From contig OZ286461.1 of the NCBI GenBank assembly GCA_965644265.1, positions 95,046,001 through 95,110,000 of the forward strand: 64,000 nt of DNA, written 5' to 3'. This document shows positions 24,825-35,900 of the stretch, piece after piece. The stretch's first letter is position 1; the number at the start of each line of letters is the position of its first letter. This stretch comes from Glycera tridactyla. Its lineage: Eukaryota. The notes under the pieces were generated by a model. It had not been told where the DNA came from, made no database searches, and saw only the letters and a list, made by a program, of their open reading frames with translations. A program made the position numbers and the translations under genes.

Positions 24825-25919
24825 TCAATAATGTTGTATTCTTGTGGGTTGTAGTATCGCTGTGGCAAATTCATCATGCTGGATAATGGGTCGGTGATAA
24901 TGTCGGGCAAATGTCGACTCTCCAGACCAGCCTGCTGCTTTCATCATTGATGAAAGAGGTAGAGAATTAGCTGTCTTGCTTGTTGAGGCAGATCTTGTGC
25001 TGTGGGCAGTATATTTCTTTACATCAATTCCTGATAGAGACATGACTGTTTTGATCCACCTCTTTATAGAGTCTCTGGTGGCAGGCGTATATGGCTTTTG
25101 TGTGATGAGAAAAAGCTGATTCTTCTCTTGATATCTGTATTGTTTTGTCCTGTTCAAGTAAGCATGTAGGCAAGTCAATACACAAATTTCCTTTTCAGTA
25201 TAAGAAGGAAAATGTATCACACATGGTACTCCTGATTTCTTTGTTTTGAGTCGTGCTAATATAGTGAAACATGCACAAGTAGAAGATATTTTCATGTTAT
25301 CGATTGACATCAGATGAAGTGTTTGTGACCTTTGTCCAGATACTAAGGCTGCCAGCATAGCCAGTTTTTGTGTCGATTGTCTCAGATTCAACTCTTTATT
25401 GTCCGGGATGGATCTCAGGTATTCTAGGGAGATTTTGTTTTGTTGAAGGTTTAACGTCACGTCAGCTCAATCTGTGCTATATTGTGACGCCCATGCAATG
25501 GGCATGGGTAGGATCATTTAAGACTCCTCCTTCTGGATCCCTAACAGAAGGCGAAATTTATGAAAGTCACAGACACTTGAGGTGTCATTTCATTCAAATT
25601 CTAGGGAGATGTCTGGATCCCATACTTCTGCATATTAGGAGTTAGTGGGTTGATTTTCTGCTATTCCTTTCATAAATTTGTCCATCAGAAAGGATGTAGG
25701 TACTTTGTTGTGATAGAAAGAGAGAATGTTCATTACGGCTGCTTTCGCTGTATTTATTGTGCTGTAAGAAAGTCCTTTTTTGCTCATATCAAGTAGAAAA
25801 TTAATCACATGTTTGTCCATCAGTGAAATGGGATTATAACCCCGTTCATTAGCTAATGATTTCCACTGTCGTAGGTAACAGCCATATTGGAGCTGAGTTC
25901 CTGTGCTCCACGATTGCAT
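24825..25919 (-). pseudogene. DIRS tyrosine recombinase, split by a SINE insertion
   Basis: N-terminal SWSTGTQLQY...LSYSTINTAKAA. Catalytic residues appear in SGQR, KTK, HSTR, AGW and RHY. Interrupted at 25434-25597. Confidence 0.9.
25434..25597 (-). mobile_element. Short SINE-like repeat family 1 inserted in the YR gene
   Basis: 13-bp TSD ATTCTAGGGAGAT at 25421-25433 and 25598-25610. Confidence 0.9.
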
Positions 25920-27455
25920 GCGAATAGTAATAATTTCTTCTGAAATTCCAATGTCTTTGAGTAGTTCCCTGATATTATCCCCGCTATTAGCCTCAGATGT
26001 GGGAACAGCGGATGTATTCTCATTAGATCGAATGGTAATTTTATGAGGTTCTGTCTATTCGGCCAACATTTGCAGAAATTGGGCAAACCATGGTTGCGTT
26101 GTCCATAGGGGTACTATCATCATGATGGATACTTCGTCCCCCTTCACTTTCTGAAGTACTCGAGGGATAATACTGAAAGGGGGAAATGCATAATATGAGA
26201 AATTGTCTCTCCAACTGATCATAAGAGCATCAGTGGCAAATGCTTCTGGATCTGGCCTCCAAGATATATAGTATGGAAGTCGTGTGTTTAATCGACTGGC
26301 AAACAGGTCCATGTTAGGAGATACATTCAATACTGTACATAACCGGTGAAATATCTGGGTATCGAGTTGCCATTCAGTTCGATCATAATGATTTCTACTT
26401 TCCAAATCAGCTAGGGCATTATCTGAGCCTGCAATATGTGAAGCTGATAGATATATGTTCTTTTGAATAGCCCAAGTCCAGATTTCTCTTGAAATAATAT
26501 TCCTGATTCTGAATCTGCAGCTTCCCATATCATTTATCATACAGATGGCTGTGGTATTATCTGATTTGATATGAAGATGTGCTACCGCTTTATTTTTATA
26601 TAAAGCCATCATACCATATTTGATAGCAAGTAGCTCTAGAGTATTAATATGATGTGATTGTTCCATCAGATCCCATTTCCCATTAGTACTGCCATGGTAC
26701 ATAGCTGCACCCCAACCTTCTTCAGAGGCACCAGTCCAGATATAGTAAGTGATAGGCATGGTCATAATGGGTTTAGGACAGATGTGAGCATTTTCAACCC
26801 ACCATTGTACATCTATTCTTGCTTCTTCAGATAGGAACATAGTATCGTCAAATCTGCCTGCAATCAATTTTATTGCCTTATTTTTCTCTGATTCTATCAA
26901 GTGTTTGTAGATATCCGTGTATTTTACTCCCAGTCTGCATGATTCTGCAGTGCCTAGAAATCTCATACACTGCCGGATAGTAGGTGTACCACTCAATAAA
27001 GGGGTTGCTCTATCTTTGAGTTTCTGCTTTCTTTCAGGTGTGATACTGGTCTCCATCTTCTGAGTATTGAAATGCATCCCCAGGTGATCCATAGATTGAG
27101 TGGGAATAATTTGTGATTTCTCAAGGTTCACTCTAAATCCTATATTCCTAAGGATTGTAATAGAGAATTCAATGTCTTGTATACATTTATGATATGATGG
27201 AGATACCAGGAAAAAATCATCTAGATAGTTACAGGCAGTGATGCCATTTTGTTGTAGGTAAGAGACCACTGGCTTCATTATTTTGGTAAAAAGCCTGGGG
27301 GCACATGCTAGTCCCTGTGGGAGCCCAATAAATTTATAGTGTGAATTCCTCCAATATTCTGATATGTTTCTTGCACTTTCACTGTGAAATATGCATCTTG
27401 GAGGTCCAGAGATGCCATAAATGCATTTGGATATAATAGATATGCACACGTCCAA
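25853..27455 (-). pseudogene. DIRS RT, RNase H and DNA adenine-methyltransferase-like ORF (frameshifted)
   Basis: RT motifs LPQGLACAPRLFTK and YLDD; FMASLDLQDAYF is in another frame near 27420. RNase H motifs are TGAS (normally TDAS), ELLA, SDNTTA and ADLESR. MT motifs are DLFAS and YAFPPF. The C-terminus HPLFPHLRLIAGIISG is in a shifted frame. Confidence 0.9.
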
Positions 27456-27796
27456 TAATTTGCTTCCTTTTATATCATCAAACTATGCATTTGGAATCAT
27501 TTTAATCTATTTGACGTGTGGCCGGTCTCATAACATGCCATCTCCACATATCCTTCCCTACTGAGGGATATTTTAACGTAGCTGGAATTAATCGTCAGCG
27601 CCTACGTTCGGACCGTGTTTACACGTCCTTACCATGTCGTTGTCAACCTCCAAGTGATTATTATGCCGGTCGATTGTAGCGCCCTCTCTCCTAGAAACGG
27701 AGTAGCATCTTCACAAATGTTGACCAGCTCTGGAATAGGTGTTTGAGCCGGGTGAGAGTGCAGCACAGGGCAAGCCAGGTTTGTTCTTGGCAGCTA

Positions 27797-27960
27797 TTTT
27801 TGTTGGTTGGTACTGGTTCAATGTCGCATCAGCACCATCAGGGCTATATTGTGACGCCTATGCAATGGGCATGGGTGGGATCTTCCGAGACTCCTCCTTC
27901 TGGGTCCCACACGGAGGGTGAAAGTTTATGAAATTCACAGACACTCAAGGTGCCATTTCT
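27797..27960 (-). mobile_element. Short SINE-like repeat family 1
   Basis: Homologous to 25434-25597 and ends at the same point (gtg(t/c)catttc). Confidence 0.75.
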
Positions 27961-29576
27961 GCGACCCAGCAGCTATAATTAAGTTTGGAGATGTCACAAA
28001 CACATGAACTCCTCGCACTGTCATGTCAAACATGACTCACAATGATCACAGGAGAAAAGAACACTCAACACGGAGAATCATATATACTTCAGCATTTATA
28101 TAAGGACAACTGTATACAGCATACATTATTCAGATATATGCCAATTGATAATGTGCTTATTTACAATTGAATGATACATTATCAACGGGGAAACAGAAAC
28201 ATGGGTATGGATGGTAGTCATCTAAGTAGACTGGGCAACAATATTCCTTTTTGTAAACAATACACGGTTGCAAGGCAATTCAGTTTGTTTTACATCAAAA
28301 TTTTGCACAGATGTGAAAAATATTAGCGTAATCACAAAAACTGAACTCCTGCTTGATTGCTATTGGGACAGTGACCATGGCTCATACAGTAATGTTCCTT
28401 CTCTCACTCCTCAATTTGTTATCACAAGAGGTTTTTTCATGTCATCCACCAGCATACTTCCATTCACTAACTCACAATGGATAGAAAACTGAATGGATAC
28501 AAAATAGAATTCAATCAGAACTGTAATTTTATCACGAAGGTCTGCTGGAATATTAGTTGATCAGATGATTACGGCTACTTGATCACAGATCATCTTATGA
28601 ATTTAACATTCTGAATACCTCTCACCAGACACTGAGAAAGAGAACATCAACAATAATTTAATTCCAGTATTTGCGATGATCAAATGAGCGAATCGTGAAT
28701 TTTTTCAGTCTTCACGAAAAACTTCTTCAGCCACTCTCCCATCGGGAGAGCAGATTGGGAGAATCACTCTCCAAAAAATGAATTCACTCTCACGAATTTG
28801 TGCAAGTCCCATTAATATATATTTTCCTGGGGTTAGCTCTTCAGAGTCATACATGTGCAGGCAAATACAAAGCCTACTCACAGGGACCAGGGATTATTGT
28901 TGGTGTAATCAAAATTGTGGTGTTCTCTCTTCACAGAAAATCCATCACTCTCACATCAAATGAAAAATTCCCACTCTCCCATCGGGAGAGTGAGTTGGAA
29001 GTTTTACTCTCCCGAAATCAAATCCACTCTCCCCGGGATTCGGGAGAGTGCTAAATTCGAAGACTGCTTCTTAGAGTAATGTTATGCATGGTAAGCCAAA
29101 AGTTTGTCCCAAGAAGGAAATCATTACACCTAAATCGTAATAGTTGGCATCTTTGGCACAGGGATATGAGTCACAAACTAGGCAGTGTCAGAGGCATGAT
29201 GTGAATACTACCTTCCTGATTATGCTCGATCAGATAGATTGCATCATAACAGAATTGATGAAGCAACATAGTGAGAACTATGACGACCAACATGCTGGAT
29301 TCTTTCACAGAAGCCGAAGCACAATCAGAATTCCCTATGTATCTAAATCTCCTTGAAAAAAGTGGAAATGGTTTGTCCATTGTTTTATGGTCAGCATCAT
29401 CGGGAGGTAATTGAAATGCCCATGCAATATGCTCATGATGATCATTGCAAACTCTTCCCCTGGTTAAAATATGATACATGATGTTCCTTTCCTATTGTCT
29501 CAGTCTTTGGTGACATCCTGCTTAGAGTTGTCCACTTAATAACTGACACTGGCTTAGCGTGCATACTTGGGTGCAT

Positions 29577-29578
<2 letters not shown>

Positions 29579-29646
<68 letters not shown>
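29579..29646. repeat. (GT)n microsatellite
   Basis: About 34 perfect GT units. Confidence 0.98.
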
Positions 29647-29649
<3 letters not shown>

Positions 29650-32600
29650 TGTGCATGCAACAATGCGAGCAAACTTCGAGTGAGGAGATGAAATTTTAAA
29701 ATCCCCTACATGACCTTCACCCATCTGCAACCTTCAATACAACTCATGAGAAACAGTGATTTCTGCAAAGCTATCTGCCAAGCACACATAGAAACTCAAG
29801 TTTACTTAGCTCATGGGAAATGAATAAGTGATGAAAGCAGAATAGATTACTAAATGAGCTATAAGTAGAAGGAAAATCATGACTGAGAAAGATTATGCAG
29901 GATGGTTGTTGAGTCTCTGATGGAATATTTGCTGCAGGTTAAGACTGGTGATTTCCTGAATTTGCTGTTTCAGCATAGTGCCACACATCAGGGTATACAT
30001 GACTATTGAGTACCCTCCTCGCTGGAACACCTCACCACAGCTCATTCACAGTTATATATACAAAAACTCGGAATATGCAAACCAAACTGCATTAGATACA
30101 AGGGCGTTTGATTTAAGTTATGATATCCAAACCCAACAAAGCAACATGTACATAGTATAAATTAAATCATATTTTGATGCAGATGAATTTGCCGGACTCT
30201 GTCCAACCATGTTCCTTGATCCAAATCAGACAAGCATGCATTGATAAATATACACCATATATACCACTCGTGGGATATTGGGTGCAATATCTCACTGTTC
30301 GGGAAAATGTCACAGATGCGGCTTCAGAAACTATGAACTGAACACAAAATGGTCCATCTATGATATAAAGCCAAGAACCCAGAACATCGGAATAAGTTGC
30401 CATAATCCATTTTGTGGGTAATAACGTCATAAGATGAGGCAATGTCCATGCCTGTTCATGAAATATGGCTTTTGCATCCAACAACCACAAGTTGTTATGA
30501 TAAAACAACAAAATCAACACAGACAGCAGTCAAGTATTTCAAGCCAATATCCCACAGGTTGACACCACACCAGAAGTGTCTCTTCACACCAAAGGTGACC
30601 CTCCATGAATATCAACCCTAGTCTTTATTTTGGCATTAGCATGGTTACAAGCATAATCGCTGAGAAATATATGCACAAAAGTAATGACTAAAACATCATA
30701 CTGGTGGAATATAAGCAAGATATCTTTTTCTCCTATCAATGGCCAATTCTTCGATATATTATGACATATCATCATGATAAAGAGCGAAAACAATGTCACA
30801 GGAAGATAGAGTTTATACCAGAATGTGGCAGTAACAAGGGATTATCTATCAGGTCAAGAGAGATAATGCCAATCCAAAAACAGTGATGTTTCAACTGTAT
30901 TTCTCCTGAGAATGGTTATTTATGTCCAGTAATTTGTTGACCAACATTACATCAGGTAATATAGAATAGTCATTCTCTGCCATATCCATGTATTTTTGAA
31001 GTCATGTCTGGGGATGGGATCAGCTTTGAATAAAGTATATAATAAATGCCTAGGAAGAAAATCAGCATCAAATACTGGTCTGTCTTTATCATTCTGCAAT
31101 GTCATGTTCTGTAAGATGGTATGACTTACATAACAATTTCTGTCTGATTACTTTTAAACCTTGGTGAACTGATGATGAGGATTTCTTTTTTCTAGTAATC
31201 AGTCGTTTTTACTGCATTACAAAATTTGGACATTCATTAGCTGGAAACAAATCAAAGTGTAGACTTTATCTGCATCAGCTAGGAATACTCAAGAGCCTTG
31301 AAACCAGTCTCACTCACAAAGTGCATACAGAGCACAAATCTGAACAAAGTTCATTCTATGGATGATGATCCAACCTGGGTGAACATACACACGAATTCTG
31401 TCTTACGTCCACCAAATATCCTGAATTGAATTCCAATCACACATAACATACACACATTACTTTGCACACCTCACCTCATATACATGCTTGCAAAATAGTT
31501 TATGCCCTCAACAAAATTGACATGGGACATTTCCTATGAGACACATTATTCATCTGCCAAATGACTCAGATTTGGTTAGGGAAAGAATCCCAGTAAAGCA
31601 TCCACACAGATCCCTTACATAGATTGCATAAGCCCTGGAAGATGACCACATGGGAACAGGAGATGCTTTTGTGGACATAACTCAAAATTCATTAGTCAAA
31701 TATATAATTTATCAAAATCATCTGCTTTACAATGTTGGATTATTTCATGTTTCTATGTAGAGATATTCATCAAAATACAGCATCGTTTACTGGAGCAAAC
31801 TTGTCCCACTAAAGATTTGATATTCTTCACAATTTCTGTGACTGTCACGATGGATCAGATAGGGCCAGCCTAGAGAATGACCAGTGCTCGCCTTCACTTC
31901 AAGGCTCCACCTGGTGAGTTTTCCTGACAATTTTACTCAACGTTACACTAATCAGTTATAAAAGGTCTTTGCTATGTCTCGGACAGCAAGCAGTTCATGC
32001 TGCCATGAAATTACTCTTATACATTAAATTGACATTAATTGGTAAATAAACTGCGGGCATATGGACAATACATATTACAATATCTGTTTGGAATAACAAA
32101 TTCCTATCATGTCATTGAAATATGGCCTATAAATCAGTCAGTGCTACTCCACAGAATAGTAATTCATTAAAGTGGTACAACTGATGGACAGGATTTGGTT
32201 AGCCATGAAATTACTATGAGAGGATGGAAAATCTGCCAGGTCCAATTGCAACAACTGTTTATGAAAGACTAACGATACACTTCAAGCAATCACCGTGGCT
32301 GAAAGAACTTGCATTTCCCCCATTTCCCATTCTGACACAATCCAAGTTTGGTGAAAGATCAAATATTTTCATCCTTGGTGACTGCAGCACCAGGAGGCCA
32401 GAATATTATAGGCATCAAAACTGGGCCAAATGAAAGGTGACCTTGTGTGTAGGTAAGGCAAAATCATGAATTCCAATCCTTTGTATTGAAGATCTGTTCT
32501 ATTGATATATAGCTGTGAACTAGCAAAGGAGGTAATAGCTAAACACCTGGCAAATCCCTATTATCATAGTTATTCCATAACATTCATGACACCGTTCCCC

Positions 32601-32772
32601 GTAGCATCTCGCCTCTCACTTCTAATATTCTATGAATGAGCATCGACCTTATAAATCCTGTGAGATGATCTGTTCTATGGCCACAAGATGGCAGACATGA
32701 TGATGACAATGACGACGATGATGAATTCTACGATGGATGATGAGAAGGTGAAGGATGTGGATGATGGCTGCT

Positions 32773-32913
32773 TCAACTCAGCAGCGTGCGAATCTCTTTA
32801 TGAATGTAGCATAAATATTCCACGTAGGAGGCCGAGCCGTTGGAGCTGTGATCTTCCATCAGGTACTGCTGGAAGACCGGTTCAAGTTTGTCTCGTTGGC
32901 GTACAATGATCAG
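32773..32913 (-). CDS. SEC24C: Sec24 canonical last coding exon ([11 protein letters not shown]...[18 protein letters not shown])
   Basis: ttctgtttgtag acceptor, conserved C-terminus, TGA stop. Confidence 0.96.
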   Translation of the reverse strand: MIIVRQRDKLEPVFQQYLMEDHSSNGSASYVEYLCYIHKEIRTLLS

Positions 32914-35900
32914 CTACAAACAGAAAGATTTCCATACATTACAATTGTGAGACAAACAACCACTTGAAATGTCAATCAACAATAAATATCTGCAGCGAGC
33001 CACATCATGTTTGAGCATGAGAAAGGTTTGAGGTAACTGTTATCAACATAGAAAAGATTCATAACAAATTCTCCTGACATTTTCACACATTCGAATTCAT
33101 GGCGAAGTGGTGAGCCATGGAGAAATAAAAAAAACACAACTGACTAGGAAGGCTGCGAATTTGGAATGAGGTGAACTTGCCTGAAAGACTACAACTATAT
33201 AATAACTTCAAGATCATGAACATTCAGCATCGACTCATTTTGTCTCTTTCGACCCCTGGTCAGTCATCTAGCCGTCCAATTCAATATTGTGTAGTTTTGG
33301 TCTGATTTAGTTTGGTTGTGGTTTGACTGCATGTATCAACGCAGAGGGATGTGTTTACTGTGTGTTCTGTCCCCTGCAGGCATCACTCACACAAACTCTG
33401 AACACTATATTTTGGTTCTCAACTGGAAGTAGCTGACATGATTACATACACACAGTCTAACCTGCCCTAAGCATGCACAGTACTAAGTAACATTCCTTAA
33501 GTAATCATGCTGTACTCATCCTGCCAGAGTATTGTCACTCTAATTTACCGATACTAAGCATGCACCTGTTTTAAGCATGCACTTTTGTGGTTTCACTTGA
33601 CTGCATGCTTAGGACAGGTTTGACTGTACATAGAATCTGCATCAAGAGGCTGCACACTAGCCATCAAATTGAAAAATCGGTCTCACAAATACGATGTGGA
33701 TCAAAGCACCAATCTTGATGGGGAATGAACGTGAAAAAAATAGTTTTCAATTGCCCAACAAACCATAGCCAACATACTGCAGAAAGTACAAGAATCTCAT
33801 TCTCTCGAGATACACATATAGCATACTATTCAGGAGCGACCTTCCACCATTACGATAGTACCAACTCCAGGAGAGTATGCCATGCTACCGGGCTCACACT
33901 TAACTACAATTCATTCCAATCTGTTTCTGACCTATCTTTTCAGGTTTCTCTCCGCTACAGTGAAACCTGAGACATGAGACCTCCCCAACTAGATAACAGC
34001 TCAAACGAAACTGCATTCACAGGGCAGCTTTCCTATTTGACATAGTCAAATATACTTACAAGAAACCTCCTCTTTCGAGACACCCCTTATTGCAGGTTTC
34101 ATGGTATAATGAGATTTGGAAATAGATTGGGAAGATATCATTCTGAGAGTATCAAAACCAAATTATTCACTCACTCACTGCTCAGAGAAACATGTCAGCA
34201 ATAGACATAGGACTGCTGATCATGATACGGAACAACAAAAATATGAGACATTAAAAGACATGAATAATGGAATTGCATGATCAAATCACCAGTGGTAGAT
34301 GGCTGTATTCAGGGCAACTCAAAATTGTCCCTGTTCAATGTGAGCCTTTCCTAAAGAAGGTGCCAAAAAACTGTTGTCACAACTGAATTGGAATTGATGG
34401 TACATGGGAGTTATGGCTGAAGGGGCAATTGATATTCTCATTAACATCCTGCTCTGAATTTCCATGCCTTGTTCAATTCTAACCATTCATTTGTGTGGGT
34501 GTAGGTGCATGTGCAGGCCTGCCTGTCTATGAATATCTGAAAGGGAATTAGTATGAAATTGTGACTGGCTTATGTTATGTGCAAACCCAGATACCAATTC
34601 ACTTAGATACCGTCTAACTTGCCTACATAGACCACCTTCTGATGTACCAAAAAGGGGATTTTGTACACAGGTGGCCTTCGTAAAAATGTTGTTCACTTTA
34701 TAGAGGTGATCTCGCGAGCAGGTACCATGGTATACATTTATAGTAGTTATTCTGAAAGACGGGTAGTAGCTGCATACCAGACATAACAAAAATGTTTTGT
34801 GATTAAATTGTATCCAAGGTCATCTTGAAAATGAAGAGAACCAAGGAATCTCTCTGCTGTCTTACGCTGATAACAGCGGAGCAACATAATTTTGAATTGA
34901 AAAGCAATCAGTCAAATCGGCTATAGCATCATCATAAAAGTTGCGAATACAAAACCAAAGCAATTAGGATTTGCACCCATCCACCATGAAGCTGAGAGGG
35001 ACATGTCACTCCACCATAACAGGTTACTATAACGTACAGGACATGGACTAGTGCTAGGAATTGGCCCCAATTTGGGTAATCTATTATTCAGGATTTACAG
35101 TCCAAACCTCTCTATAAAAACCATCAAAGTGGCCTTTATAGGGAGTTGGTCTTTATAGAGAGGTCATTTACAGTTGAAAATACTACGTCGCTGCTCAGGG
35201 GTGGCCTTTATAGAGGTGGTCTTTTGAGGAGGTGCAACTCTGTTGATAAATTTATCTTGATTGATGTTAAGTCAAAACATGGGGCATGGGGAGTGACATA
35301 CATGACTTTCATGGAGTGAAGGCATGAGTTTATCTGTGAAGAGTCCAGGGACACTGGAGAATGTGAGATAGAAACATATATTTGAGGAAATGATGAAAAG
35401 AGCTTGTTTGTTTTGGAGTGAAAAAATTCAATGATGTTCTGTTGAAATTGAGAGGCAATAAAATCAAATCGTACAAGGAAGATCCATTAGTGGAATTGGA
35501 ACCCATGCAGTTGATCAAATTGATTTCCTTGCAAACTGCCTCAGACTAACATGGACTACATTGATTCCACAAGTGGCATGTGTAATGTGTATGCTGCTCG
35601 ACTTGAAGATAACATGCTCAAGGAGGTTATATGTGAATGAGTGACTGTGATTCAATGAGCCAGGTTGCCTATGGCAGTTAGCTCGATAGCCAAAAGCTGA
35701 AGCTTCCATCATAAAGCCAAAAACACTAATCTTTAGCATTCTACAGGCCTTCAAGCTAAACTTCCTTCCATGGGAAGAGAACCCAACCTCTCCAATACTC
35801 CAGAATATTCCACTGAATATCAAGGGCTTCCAACAGTTTAGCTTCCTAGGTACATGTAATTTGCAGATTCTCCAAGAGAATTCCATTGAATTAATGTTTT

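Larger units (their letters stand above)
24306..27722 (-). mobile_element. DIRS1-type tyrosine-recombinase retrotransposon, internally deleted and decayed
   Basis: Order is RT, RNase H, MT, then YR. Inverted terminal repeats at 27652-27690 and 24381-24418. The ICR at 24503-24610 is complementary to the right extension (24306-24376) and to the left terminus (27690-27722). Confidence 0.92.

Noticed and set aside
32720-32775. Stop-codon readthrough adding SSHHPHPSPSHHPS to Sec24
   Set aside because: The TGA-A context is not a leaky one, and the extension simply reflects CAT-rich low-complexity UTR.
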